Part shown: in pieces, positions 11,001-23,146 of the stretch
Layout: each line of letters opens with the position of its first letter
Numbering within the stretch: position 1 is the first letter of the stretch
DNA from: Amphiscolops sp. MND2022
Lineage: Eukaryota
Direction of reading: 5' to 3'
Assembly: GCA_964187785.1 (NCBI GenBank)
Contig: OZ076409.1
Coordinates: 57,600,001-57,664,000, forward strand
DNA: 64,000 nt
Program-made: the position numbers and the translations under genes
Notes under the pieces: generated by a model
What the model saw: the letters and a program-made list of their open reading frames with translations, nothing else
Database searches by the model: none
What the model was told of the DNA's origin: nothing

Positions 11001-12264
11001 CTACAGTGAAGTGTGTCAGTTCGTGTACTGCTTGCTCATCCGCAGTCGCAAGGTGTCCAGTCTGCCTGCTCTCAATGATTGGGAGTCATATATGGAGCCC
11101 AGCAAGTTGCAAGCGTTCGAAAAAGTCAGTACTGACGATTTCTTGCAGAATTACGAGTTTGGGGCTGAACTACATCGTTCAAACACTGGTGAGGCGCGTG
11201 AGTTCCGCAATCGTTGTCGGGAATTTGTGGACCGGCTGGTGGACGTCATCTTGGATCAGCAGGTTGTGTCCTCGGATTTCCTCCAGGGGTTGTATTGCTT
11301 TTGCCCTGAGCTGCTCCTTGAGGGCGACGACCAGCATGTCTTTCAGCTGTTCTCTCGTCTGGTTCGCGTTCTTGAGCGATGTGGCTGTCTCTCCAGCAGT
11401 GATGCACAGTCGAGTCGTGAGGAGTTCGCCACATTCGTCGTCGATGCTAGGACGCGGCATCAGGAGTCAGAGCGAAGTGCGGAGCAGATCGAAGATGTTA
11501 CTGAGTATCTGCTTTCGGACTACAGTTTCATGTCACGGAGAAGCCTCGTCCGGGTACTGAAAGTGTGTTGCTTGGTAGTGGATCGCCCTCGCAGAAAGAT
11601 GCCTGACATTGAAATTGATCTTAAAGACTGTGCCGTTCCTGTTTCCGTCGTGACGTCGTCTCTGAGGGGCGTCCAAAGTCTTGTGTCTTCTCCCGGGTAC
11701 AAGCAGGGCGCTTTCTTCACTCAGGGAACTATGGAAAGTGTTCGCGATGCCATAGCCAGCAGTCGGAGTTTCATGTCTTGTGCCAGTTTTGACCCTTGGG
11801 AGAGTGTGTCATGTGGCGATCGTTCGGCCTTTGTGCGTCAATACTCTTCAGCCTTTGATGCTTATCTGAGCCGCAAGAAAAGTGATGCCACGAAACAGCT
11901 TCATAGTGCCAACCGTCAGCCGCGCCAAGTTCGTTTTTCGGAGTCTGGTGGTTCAGGCGGGTCAAGTGTCTCCAGTTCTCCTCGTGGTGGTGTGTTGCCT
12001 GCTACCTCATTTGCTGTTGCTTCTCCTGTGTCTGGTTCCGATGCTGGGACGTCAAGGCAACGTACTTATACTGCGGAGTCTTCCTTGGCTGCTATTCTTG
12101 GGCAGAAAAAAGAGCTGAAGCCCGTCAAGAAGGCGTGTGTTGGTAAGAAAGAAGCGGGAAATAAAGGCGCAGAGAAAGAGTCCTCTAAAGATCAGTCACA
12201 CGAGGGGCCAAAAAGTGCGAAGTCGATTGGAAGACGATTGAGTCCCAAGTCCAAGAGTCACTAA
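8097..12264 (+). CDS. Antisense spliced accessory gene, 1104 aa: low-complexity N-terminus, CxxC...H...H zinc finger, degenerate hAT-transposase-like body, basic C-terminal tail
   Basis: Exons 8097-8223, 8359-8730, 8807-8914, 8995-9087, 9232-9824, 9960-10580, 10683-10764, 10946-12264. All 7 introns are GT...AG, most with pyrimidine-rich acceptors, and phase-compatible (1,1,1,1,0,0,1). Total 3315 nt = 1105 codons with a single terminal stop. Zn finger: CMICKRDVSMQSRGSREFVRHYSGDRH. Confidence 0.85.
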
Positions 12265-12535
12265 GATGTGTAGTCGAGACTTGATACAACTGTTGTTGTT
12301 AAACTTTAGTAGTAGTCTTTTGTGCTTCTTTTATTGCAGCCTTTATTTATTTGATTGTAGTCGTTGCCTTTTGGCTATTTTTATTTTGCTGGATTTTAAA
12401 ATTAACTGATAGTGATTGACTCCCCAGCAAAATAGTAGAAAAGAAATTGGGGTCAAAAAAAAATCAAGAAAAAGAGGTCGTAGTATGCCAGTAATTAAAG
12501 TCGTCAGGTCGGTTCGATCTGGACACTTGATAGTG

Positions 12536-12550
12536 CTCTTTTCCCTTTCT
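12536..12550 (-). other. Polypurine tract AGAAAGGGAAAAGAG at the pol stop (candidate internal PPT)
   Basis: 15 consecutive purines on the element's sense strand, 5.6 kb from the 3' LTR. Confidence 0.4.
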
Positions 12551-15500
12551 AGTGAGTCGTAGTGATAGCGTCAAGTCTTCTAAAGTCAGGATTAGTATTG
12601 GGTTTACGATTAGGTCGTAGATTGTATTTCGCTATTTTGCTTGGATTATATCCAACTGTTGTAGGCGGCGATTTTGGGGGAATAGGTGGGTCTTCAATGG
12701 GTGGGGGGCGTCGTATATATGGATTATCCCCCACGTCTGTAGTAAGATTTGAAAAGTCCGGAGATGGCGGCGCTTTGTCGTCCGTAGTTTCAGGTTCCTT
12801 GTCCAGTATTTGTTGCGTCGCCGTTTCGTCCTGCGTGTTCGCTACCTCTTGTGTGACTGGTTGTTGATGATTGTTTTCGTTTTCTCGCGACTCGTGCTCG
12901 TCGATCTGTTTCCCGAAATCCATTTCCCATGAGACTGCGTACCACTCATTGTGTGAAATTTTGACATCTGGATCGGGAAGGTAATTGTCGGCTCGTACTG
13001 TGACGTCAGGCAAGCGTTGTTCTGGCACGTAAGGTCGTATGCGAATTCTGTGTAGTGTTTGTGTATATCTTGTGCCAAGTTTGCGTATTGTGTAGTTATT
13101 ATTGGAAAGCACTTTGATCACTATGTACGGGCCAGTCCATATGCAGTCTTGGAACGCAAACTTCGTCGACTGGTTGTCGGCTTTCGGATTGAGTATATAA
13201 CAATAATCGTTGATCTTCAGTGGAGCTGCAGACGCTTTGCGGTCGTAATATTTTTTATATTTGAGGTAGGATAGCATTATATTGTCCTTCGCTGTCGCTC
13301 GTACCTCGTCTATTTGTTTTTTTAATTGCTCTGCTATGTCCGAGTTGGGCGTTGTTTTCCACTTTGGCTTGATCCCCAATTTTAGGTCGAGGACATTGTA
13401 GGGTATTCGTCCGTGGAATAATGTAGATGGTTCACAGCCCAGAGTCTCGTGGTATGTTGTATTGTAGTTCATTACAGCTATTTGGACATACTTGTGCCAC
13501 ATTGAACGTCGTTCACCCGTCGAAATTTTTAGTGCGGTTTTGATTGACGCGTGTGTTCTTTCTAAATTTCCGATCGTCTGTGCATGTTTTGTAGACGCAT
13601 GGCTGATTTGAATCTCGAGTATTTGGGCTATTTCTGTGACGACTTCTGATCGAAATTGTGAGCCCTTGTCTGATAGGATTAGTGTTGGCAAGTATGCATG
13701 TCTTGTCATAACGTCGACAATGCATCGTCCGATTGTTTTCGCTGTGGCATTCTGTGTTGTATATGCAAATAGGTAACGTGAAAATACGTCGATCATCGTA
13801 ACGATGTTCTGGTATCCTGCAGAGCTTGGCAAATTTGGTAGTATGTCAATTTCAAGAATGTCCTCCGGACCAAGGACGTGTTCCGTATTGTTGATCATTT
13901 TCGGTCTGATTTGGCTGTTGTTGATTCGTTTGTATTTGATGCAGTCTTCGCATTGCATTACCCACTGTCTGATTCTTTTTGCTAGGCCGGGGTAGTAGTA
14001 CTTTGATCGGCATTCTTGAATCATTTTTGTAATCCCCGGGTGTTTTCCCATTTGTCCATGTATTGCCTTCAAGAGTTCTGTAACCAAGTGTTCGGGAATT
14101 AATATTTGGTGGTGGGTAACTTGTCCACATTCGCCGTAGTACTTTCGCATTAATACTCCATCTTTGACAATTAGTCTGTTTTCGTGGACTAGAAGGCGTT
14201 TGGCTGTCGGATCAGTTTGTAATAGGTGTTTGTCATAATCTTCAGAAATCAGTTTCTTTTTGATTGCTTTGAAAACTAGGTTTGAATCTTGTTCGACTCT
14301 GATGCGAGCATCCTCTTTTATTGCTCCAAAGGTATAAGATGCTTTATTTCTTGGAATTGGGGTGGTTTCTTTGATGGATAGTTTAATTTTGGACGTCTCC
14401 TCGTCGCGCGCATTTTGTCTAGCTTGTTCCTTCTGCAATAGGATTTCTTCTTCTGTTTCAATTGTTTCATCCGGAAGGAAGAAAAGCTGTTCCTCATCCG
14501 CGACGTCCGTAGATTGGAGATTCACTTGGATGGGCCTGATTGTAATGTCCTCTCTTATTTTCAATTCAACTCGTTCTTTGGGGGTAAGTTCAATGCGTGA
14601 TAGAAAATCAGCTGCAGTGTTTTGCGTACCAGCGACGTGCATTATGTGGAAGTTGAATTGTAGCACATAGTCACACGCGTTCCACAGCGTAGGCGGTATG
14701 GCTTTTGTTTGAAAGAAGCGCGTGACTGACCTGTTATCGGTCATTACGAGTGTTGGTAGCGTCGCTTCCCACAATATATGGCTGTATTCTAGAAATGCAT
14801 GGTAAATTGCTAGGAATTCTTTGCAGTAAATAGACATTTTTAGTTGAGCTGGGGAAAATACTTTCGATCCGAATGCGACCGGCGCAAATGTCTTCTTTTT
14901 TGAATTGAGTTTTTTGTCGTTGTTTTCCTCAATCATTAGTGCGTAGCCGGAGGCTCGGAAACTGGCGTCCGTCATCAGGGCGTACTGTCGTCCTGTGATT
15001 GGTTGTTTGAGTGCCAAACCGCAAGTTTGCGCCAGTGCTGCGTTGATAGCTTTGTAATGGTCAAGTAATTCTTCTGTGATTTTGATTTGTTTATCTGCTT
15101 TCAACAATTCATAGAATCCGAGTAATTTTTCAGATAATCGCGGGATGTAATTGCGATAATAATTGACAAAACCAATGTATCTTTGTACCTGCTTTTTTGA
15201 CTTTGGAAATCGTACATTTGCCAGAAATTTTTGTATTTTATGGTCTTGGGGGGCAATTCCTTGTGGAGTGATTGTTCTTCCGAGAAATTCAACCTCAGTC
15301 ACCCCGATATGGCATTTTTCTATGGTTAGTTTAAGCCCCGCTTGTCTGATGCATTCGAAAACGGCTTTGATGTTACGTATCAGTTGCGTCACTGAATTGG
15401 CTGCGATCCCGATATCATCCACATATTGTGCGCACTGGTCGGTTTGATCACTTTGTCTAAGTATTCTCTCATGAAACTTGAAAATGCCGACAGAGCCCTG

Positions 15501-17480
15501 CTCAGTCCTTGTGCTAAGCGTCTGTAGGCAAACGTCCTGCTTGCGAAGTTAAACGCCAGCATTTCAATGGATCTTTGATCTGCCATTTGTAAGCAGTGGT
15601 ATGCTTGAGAGCAGTCTAATTTGCAAAATAGCTTTTTACCAGCTAGGTGTTGAGTCGCATCTGACAAGGTGCTAACTGGATGGTTATTGTTGATGTAGTC
15701 ATCTGAGATTAGTGCGTTTATTTTTCGCAGGTCGACAAGTAGACGCAATTTGCCATTTGGTTTTCTCTGTGCGAAAATTGGGCTTGCATACTTTGAAAAT
15801 GGTAGGGTCGTTATTATGCCGTACCTGTGCATTAGCGCCAATTCGACTGTTAGGTCTTCTTTCAAATTGATTGGTACCGGCAAATTTTGCGTGTAAATCG
15901 GACGCTCGTCTTTCGGAGTTAATTTGACTTTGAAGCTATTGTTGATTCCAATGTCAAGGCGATGACGCGCAAAAATGTCGTTGTATTCGATTATTGTTTG
16001 TTCAAGTTGCTTCCTGTCATTGCCTTCGATTTGGGAGCCTTCCCACTGGAACATGTCAAGGAATTTTTGTCTTGATTTTGGGTCTTTGGTTGGATCTAAG
16101 TTTTCCTTTTGGATGAGTTCACGGATTTCCTTCAAGATCCGACGTTGGATTGGCGTATGTTCTTCTTCGTTCCCTGGATTCTCGGGTGTGGGGAACCAGA
16201 GGTTTTCATCGCTTTGTTCATGTTCATTTGATTTCATAAGCTCGTTGATGTACATGTGTGTGTCATCAGGATCTTCTAACAATTTGAGTGCGGCGGCGTC
16301 AACTGGTCGTATTTGTTTCGTGTCCTCAGGTTTGAGGATTTGTAGTTCTGCCAGCTTTGTATGATTCTTTATTGTATGTGGGAAATCCGTTAGGTTGGCG
16401 ATTCTGATGTTGAGCCTTTTGTTATGGGCTGTCGCCAGAGCTGGTGCAACAATGATTGTTGCTGTTTCATCAAATTGTGGTAGTGGTTGTACCGCACCAG
16501 TGACGTCATGCATGTTTGTGGTTATGACTATTGCGTTTACTGTTGTTGTCTGTTGAGGCGGCAGTGTCTGATGTCCTTCTGCCATTATTTGAAGCGGTTT
16601 TGGGTTGCATTTTTTCATTTCGTCTGTCATGGCTAACGTCATTTCGACGTGTGGGAAATTGATGGTTCCGTTGGCAGTGTCAATTACTGCTTGATGATTT
16701 CTCATGAAGTTCAATCCTATGATAGGGAATGACGTTTTCGATAGGATGACGAAGGTATCCGTGAAGGTATATGTTCCAATATTGAACTGGATGTCCGCTG
16801 TGGCTATTGGTTGTTCTAGTTGTGCGTTTGCGCATTCGATCTTGAAGGGGGGTTGAGGGTTATTTTTTTATGACACAACTATCACTGTTCATTTTGATTG
16901 CGTTGTAATCTGACCAGGACATGGCATTGATGAACGCGCCTGAGTCGACAAGTCCATCCATTGTTATCTCGCCAAATTCGAGTGGCAAGTACAGCATTCT
17001 CCTTCTATTCTTGAGGACTATGGTGGAATGGAGGGGTATGTATGTTTCTGCATCTTTTTCAGTAACATACTCTTTGATAGAGTTAAGAGATGTGGGGAAA
17101 TCCTCTGGGAAGATAGGTACTTGGGTGAGGCCGTGGGTATCTTCCTTTGTCTGTGTTGACGATGGTTGGTCGTCGAGGGCGTTTTCGGTTTGTTCTGTTT
17201 GGGTTATGGTGGATTGTGTTGTATTGGTGAGGGGTGGCTGGATGAGAAGGTTTGGGTGTTGTTTGTGGTCGTCTCCATGATCCTCATCTTGTGTCAGTTC
17301 CTTTTCGGTTTGTATGAGGGGTCTTCGTATGGAAGCGAGTGCCTGACGTCTCAGCCAGTCCTCTGTTGGAGTTCCGTCACATTCTATAGTTGTTTCGTTG
17401 GTGTATGTAGTAGGGGGATCATTTGGTGAATACGCCCTCGCGTCTACTGTTTCCCCGAAGCGCAGGCGCGGCGTATCTAG
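12549..17480 (-). pseudogene. pol: Gypsy pol (protease-RT-RNase H-integrase) with two single-base frame breaks
   Basis: The -1 frame is open from the slippery site through protease LVDSGA (~16935-16952). +1 insertion/TAA at 16860-16862. RT motifs RLLVDLRKIN and LDCSQAYH. 1-bp deletion near 15442, just before YVDD. RNase H TDASF. Integrase HHCC, D-D-E and GPY motifs. Confidence 0.93.
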
Positions 17481-17486
17481 TTTTTT
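17430..17486 (-). other. -1 programmed ribosomal frameshift signal (A AAA AAC plus GC-rich stem-loop)
   Basis: AAAAAAC at 17486-17480 directly before the gag TAG. Followed by ATACGCC...GGCGTAT stem (17476-17430). The -1 frame is the pol frame. Confidence 0.85.
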
Positions 17487-18922
17487 GATTCAATGACAGA
17501 GTTAGCTGTCGTTGGTTGGACGGGAACGTCCCTTTTTGATTCCGGGTTATTGTGACGCTTAGGTCGTGGATCGTTGGCAGAGTTGGCTCCGTTCCAACAA
17601 TCTTCCGTTTTGTGAGGTTTGCCGCATGTGTCGCATTTAAGCGACTTGCCTGCACTAGAGTTGGTTTGACCATTGTTCTTCCTGATCTGCATCCATTTAT
17701 CTCTCTTCATTTTCCTACATTCCGCTTTGTAGTGTCCAAATTTGTTGCAGTAGAAGCAATATCCTTTTTTGACATTTTGCGTCGTGCTGTCGACTTGTTT
17801 GGGTTCAGTTTTTGTTGGGGCCGGTTCTACTTTATTTAGTGGTACCAGTGTTACTTCATCTGGCGCCCCAAGGCCGTTAAGCCTCATTTCTCTTTCCAAG
17901 TGTAGCACAATGTCATTATATGGCTTGTCTTCGAGATACGCCCTGTTTAGTATCTTTTTTATATGATCTGGCATTTTTGCGTATATTGCTTTGTCAATGA
18001 ATTGTTGGGCTTCAGATCCGAAGGCTTCTTTGGCCGTTTTTTGAAGTACGCCTAGAAATTCATGGAGTTTCTGGTTCGAGGGGTCAAATCTGAGCGCATC
18101 CCATTCGCATCTTGCTTTAGTTGCTTTAGCCGCAGACAGGTAGTCCCCGAAACGTCGTTTGAATATCGTCATTATTTCGTCAAGAAAATCTTTTTTCGCG
18201 TCTTCTATATTGCAAAACGCCTGGAGGGCGTCTCCTCTGAGTAGCGAGTGGAAATAGTTAATTTTTTGTATTTCCGTGAGATGGGGATACATTTTTATGT
18301 TGTTGCGGAAAAGATCTTCGAATAATTCAAATTTTTCCGATTTCCCGTCGAACGTTGGGAGAGATGCCGTTAGTGCCTTTGGCATGGGCAGCGTTGTGCT
18401 GTCACCTTTTTCCGATGTAAACAGGGTCCTTGCCACAACTGGACGTTCTTTTGACAATGGCTGACTTTGGGACCGGGCCTTCGTTCTTTTTGGCTGGTTA
18501 GTGGAGTCGGTTAAAACTCCTGTCACCATGTTACGACATGCTATCGAGTCGTTTTGAGTTGAACTTATTCTCACTGACTTTGTAGGGGTATAAAAGTTTC
18601 TAGTCTCCTCTTCTGCTTCTTCCTCAGTATTCTCCCTAATGCTTCCCCTTGTTTCAGGTTTTAGGAGTTTCAACATCTCTCTCTGGGATTCGGCAAGAAG
18701 AGTCTTAATTTCCGATGTTATCTCATCTTTCAAGGATGCCCTTAAACTCTCCAAGAAACTATTTTCAATTCGAGGAGATTTTGGTCTGGAAGGACCCGAC
18801 ACGTCTACGTCCTGGTTTGAAGAACACGGATTTTCTACCACTATCGGTGAAATAAAACCTTCACTTACGTCCTTGTCGCCTTGTTGCTCATTCCTTCTTT
18901 TCTGGCTTCTAGTTGTAGACAT
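17477..18922 (-). CDS. gag: Gag, 481 aa, starting inside the 5' LTR
   Basis: Intact ORF with capsid-like LPTFDGKSEKFELFEDLF, knuckle CFYCNKFGHYKAEC and a second CDTCGKPHKTEDC. Confidence 0.93.
   Translation of the reverse strand: MSTTRSQKRRNEQQGDKDVSEGFISPIVVENPCSSNQDVDVSGPSRPKSPRIENSFLESLRASLKDEITSEIKTLLAESQREMLKLLKPETRGSIRENTEEEAEEETRNFYTPTKSVRISSTQNDSIACRNMVTGVLTDSTNQPKRTKARSQSQPLSKERPVVARTLFTSEKGDSTTLPMPKALTASLPTFDGKSEKFELFEDLFRNNIKMYPHLTEIQKINYFHSLLRGDALQAFCNIEDAKKDFLDEIMTIFKRRFGDYLSAAKATKARCEWDALRFDPSNQKLHEFLGVLQKTAKEAFGSEAQQFIDKAIYAKMPDHIKKILNRAYLEDKPYNDIVLHLEREMRLNGLGAPDEVTLVPLNKVEPAPTKTEPKQVDSTTQNVKKGYCFYCNKFGHYKAECRKMKRDKWMQIRKNNGQTNSSAGKSLKCDTCGKPHKTEDCWNGANSANDPRPKRHNNPESKRDVPVQPTTANSVIESKN
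18511..18528 (-). other. Primer-binding site TGGTGACAGGAGT..., inside the gag coding sequence
   Basis: TGG directly follows the LTR CA end. Resembles the complement of tRNA-Leu 3' ends (TGGTGTCAGGAGT); the tRNA identity is from memory and unverified. Confidence 0.8.
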
Positions 18923-21015
18923 TTTGAAGAAAAGCATTATCTTGAAGAATTGATTTTTCCAAAGATAATTTTCAACAAAGTTAGCTGAGATTAGAGTTTA
19001 GCGAAATTGAGAATTCAACTGAATTAAACAATTGCAAAAGACTGAGTCCCTGAGTCAATGAAAATCATCCTATATATACCCTCCTAGCATCATTTGATCA
19101 CGATTAAAATCCTAATTTTCCTCGAACAATTAGTCATTTCCTGTATTTTCGATGAAAAAATCATTTTGTTCCCAATTTTACGTCGATAACTCGTCAATTT
19201 TTGAGACACGACAATTTCAATCTAGCATTAGTCATCAACCACGATCATATCATTTCAGCTCGGCGTCCTTTGCTTTCCTCCCAAGCAGGAAGTAGATATT
19301 ACTTCAGTCTGTCAAACCGGAAATGATTCCCTGTTTTACTGCTTTGGTTCGTAGGAAAAATGACGCGGAGATGACGCTGACGTGAACAACTAATACCTGA
19401 TTTTGAATTTTTACTTGAATAAAATACTATGACTAATGTTTTCAGCTTTGGAATTTCCAATGATGCTAGGAAAAGTAAGACAAAGCTATGGAATTAGCTT
19501 CAATTTTTGAGTTGAATTCCCACTTCAGATAAATAGTAATTAAACCAAATTAACGTAACATCAACGTTTACATTAGAAACCTAGAATGATTTGGCAACAG
19601 CTCTTGGCTTCTACAAAATTGGCTGGAAAGGTGGACGGAGCTATGACGTGTTAAAATCAAAGGTATTAACGAGTATGAATTTCATAATTGAATTCATTCG
19701 TACTTGAGTTTAAACTTTGACGTCTTAACGCCGTTGAACCGAACTAATAAAAGTGAAACAGTCAGTTGCCAAAAGTGGTATGAAAATGATCACAATGAGA
19801 TGTATAAAATCAACAACAAGCACAGTTATATTGGGGGAGAAACACGAACATGAATATTACAAAAATATGACCTCATTATTAAAATATAATCTTTGCTGGT
19901 TCATAGCCCATAACTTTTCAGATACGTCAGATTGGCGTCAGGTTACACACAATCATATTTATGGTCTGCTTCAAACAGCATAAAATGTACATTAATAGCA
20001 TTCCCCCCTTGGAATAAACTGTGACTTTAATTATGAAGAACATGGAAATCCTAATCGGGTCATTTTACGATGTGATTCCAGAAGATTAGTATTTTTATTG
20101 ACGGGAACAGGACGTAAATTATCAAGTTTTATCCTTAACCTCGTAGAGTTTTAAAACATCTTTAAACGTTTCTCTTCCGTCAAATCCGACATATTAATAT
20201 TCATTTCACTGAATTGGATGGATTAAACCGACTATTTTGATGGATTTCGGACGTAACGTGGACGTACGTATTAAGATTGGCTATAGACCGCCGGCATTGG
20301 ACGTAACGCGGACGTAAATTTGAAGTAAGAATTAATCCGCGCCGAGAAGGCAATACCGTGACGTCACTATGGCGGAAAATTGGAATGATTTTAAGTAGTG
20401 TCACTAATATAGGCGGTAAATTGGAATGGTTCTCTAGTGAGCGCGGACGGAACAGTGACGTCACATTATATACTTTCAAGTCTGCTTCTTACCGACGCCT
20501 AATATACATGTATCCTTTATTTTGTTTACCTAGCGCAGTGCCGACGTCCTAATCCGCACTAATTGCTGTTCAAAGTGCAATTAAGCCGCCTTTCTTAGAA
20601 AAGGAGTGTATATTTCAGTGTGTCATCTCAATGTATTTTCTATTTTAGATCCAGATAATGTCCTTTTTCCAGTGGTGATTTTGGGTATGTTTTCGTTTAG
20701 ATCGGTCTATGGTCTTTATTTCAAGACGTATACTTAATTAAGTTTTCAGGTGGCGAATGTTTCTATTTTGACGAGATGAAAACGTCCTGCCGGAAGTGTG
20801 TGAAATCATTTTGGCTCATTTTAGTTTCTGTTCTCATTTTCATTTAGACTTTGCGCAAGCTAGACGTACTTTTAGTCACAGTTTATTCTAACATTAGTAT
20901 GAAAGTTCAAGTCAGTAGCCAAAATACCTTTTCGAAAGTTTCGCTGTACAGCCGTGTCCTCGTCCGAACCCAATCCGTCTACATCCACAATCCAGTCCGG
21001 GAGCGGACTGCGACA
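18529..21015 (-). repeat. 5' LTR (2487 bp)
   Basis: Direct repeat of 4438-6924. TATA-like TATATATAG near 19070-19078, ~150 bp upstream of the gag ATG. Confidence 0.97.
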
Positions 21016-21123
21016 CTAATTTGTTCACGTGATCAGACGTGGCTGGTCCAGTAGTTTAGTAGTTTCTGTAAACTGCGTCCACAACGCATGCATTCTGTTA
21101 TCTGACGAGAAAATGAAAAAACT

Positions 21124-21838
21124 ACCCGGGTTTCTCTCCCATACAAAAACAGGTTGATCATACTCTGGACCATAAAATGATATGGCCAAGAGTATGGTCA
21201 GCCATAAAAGGCTTGGAGCCATAAAAAGAAAATTAGGATAACGTAGTCGATTAACCCATGCACTGATGAAATTACTAGATATTCCTCAACCAAAGTGCCA
21301 ATCAATACAATCACCAAACTGAAAACAAGGTAGCAATCATCAATTTTGGCAGCTTTTGCTGAATTATTGGTGTTTTTTCTCGATAAAAAAATTAAAATCA
21401 CACTGGAAAGTGGACAATAGAGATAGGTGTTAACTAAGGAGTGACTGGGAACAAATTGAGTGACTATAGTTTTGTCTTTAACTCCGCTAGGAGTTTAACG
21501 GAGTTCCGATCTGCAATGCATTGTTCGCTGATGTGGCTCGGTTGCCTTCGGCCTTTAAAGCTGGCGGTTCTCAAAATTCCATGTCACTTTGTATGTCACT
21601 TGAACCCGGGTTAAGAACAAAAATTTATGATTTCAGTTTGATCATAGTCTGAGCTTTTTTATGATTTCAGACTGGACCATTTATGGTTTCAGACTGGACC
21701 ATAGAAGTTTATGGTTCCAGGTTGATCATACTTCGAATCATACATGATTCCAGATTGATCATAGAAAAAAATTGTATGATTTGTATGGAACTACCATATA
21801 TGATCAGAGTATGATCAACTTGGTCGGGAAACCCGGGT
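21124..21838. mobile_element. Non-autonomous TIR element (ACCCGGGTTTC...GAAACCCGGGT) with GTTGATCATA/CTGGACCATA subterminal repeats
   Basis: Terminal inverted repeats present. It interrupts a repeat that is contiguous at ~61005-61130. Confidence 0.75.
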
Positions 21839-23146
21839 TGCCACTGTAACAGTCGCGCTCATTTTGTTAAAATGCGTCGACTAAAAATAGCCTTGCATCT
21901 GAAATTTTAGGCTTGAATGACTCTCAATGAGAATCCCAAAGTCATGGTAAAAGTGCTTGGCAACCTTAATGAAAATGTAAAACTTCCCAACAGATTCAAC
22001 TCCGGTGGATATTTAAAAATATCTTTCGGATTTAGTCTTCATGGCATACAAGCATGAAGTCCTAAATTTGTTTGGTAGGGACAGAGTAATATTGTCTTGG
22101 CCCCTAATAAATCCACCCCTTAGAACAAAAATATTTCGTTTTTCCAGGCAAGTGCGAAAAGATACATGTTTTAAAAAGCAATTTATGATTTTAAAAACGG
22201 CACTTACTCAAAATCATTTGTCTGGATTATGTAAATTACGGGGAATTAAAATGAAATTACACCTGGCAGCACTGATGTGATTGTTATATTTTCTGTGAGT
22301 GAGACGTTTTTATAAGCAGCCTAGAAAAGATCGCAATTTTCAATGAGTCGCACGAGATAATTTGGCGTTCTGTCAGTCTAATAGTCTCAAAACTGTCTGA
22401 ATAGCAATCAAGTTGACTGTGTAACATTCATCTGGATTTTCTAACGAAGTGCTTCGAAAGGTTATTCAAATGCCATTGTCAAAAGCACACAAATTTAGGG
22501 TCCTGTTCGCGGGATTTGCTCAGACCGCTAATTCTTTTTAATGTATTTATCTCTTTTAAATCGCTTCCTGAAATCTATTAAATCAAATCTATTTTTACCT
22601 TCAAAAGCCTCAAAGTTATAATGGGTAACATTCCAAACACAACAGTTAAAAAACAAATATAGGAAGCTCCACGCAACAAAAGAAATTCTGAAGCAATAGC
22701 CAAATTACCAAAGAGCTTCCTCTTGATCAACTTGATCTCAATTTCTGGTTTGAGACACAGTTACGGTTTACAAATTTTGCTAAGTTACCTAAGCGTAGGT
22801 GCTCACAATTCTTTGTAAGCTTAGATGCAATTAGCAATTTTAGACTACTCGGAATTTGTCTTTGATTTTCAGACTCTTTGAGCGAATGACCGGAGGCAAT
22901 TAAGTCACTCGGATTCAAGTTTTGAAAAATTATTATGCTCTCAATGATACTATCTTCAGAAACAGATCAATATTCATTGTTCCTATCATGACTTATTAAA
23001 TGAGAGGAATGAACCGGACGAAACTTTGTCTTCTAGATCACTATGAGTTTCATTAAAAAGGTAGGTTTTCAGGGAAACCAGAAGGAGAATGAATTATCGA
23101 CCCACTCATAGTTCATCACCAAAACAACCTGGAAACATTTGGAAAT

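Larger units (their letters stand above)
4438..21015 (-). mobile_element. Full-length Ty3/Gypsy LTR retrotransposon (16,578 bp) with accessory cassette
   Basis: Two 2487-bp direct repeats with TG...CA ends. CTAAT TSD at 4433-4437 and 21016-21020. PBS present. Gag with CCHC knuckle; PR-RT-RH-INT domain order. Confidence 0.97.

Noticed and set aside
6925..12548. Accessory region as an env gene or a nested DNA transposon
   Set aside because: No signal peptide, TM anchor or fusion-protein pattern. No TIRs or TSD seen around the cassette, and a homolog occupies the same position in a second element.
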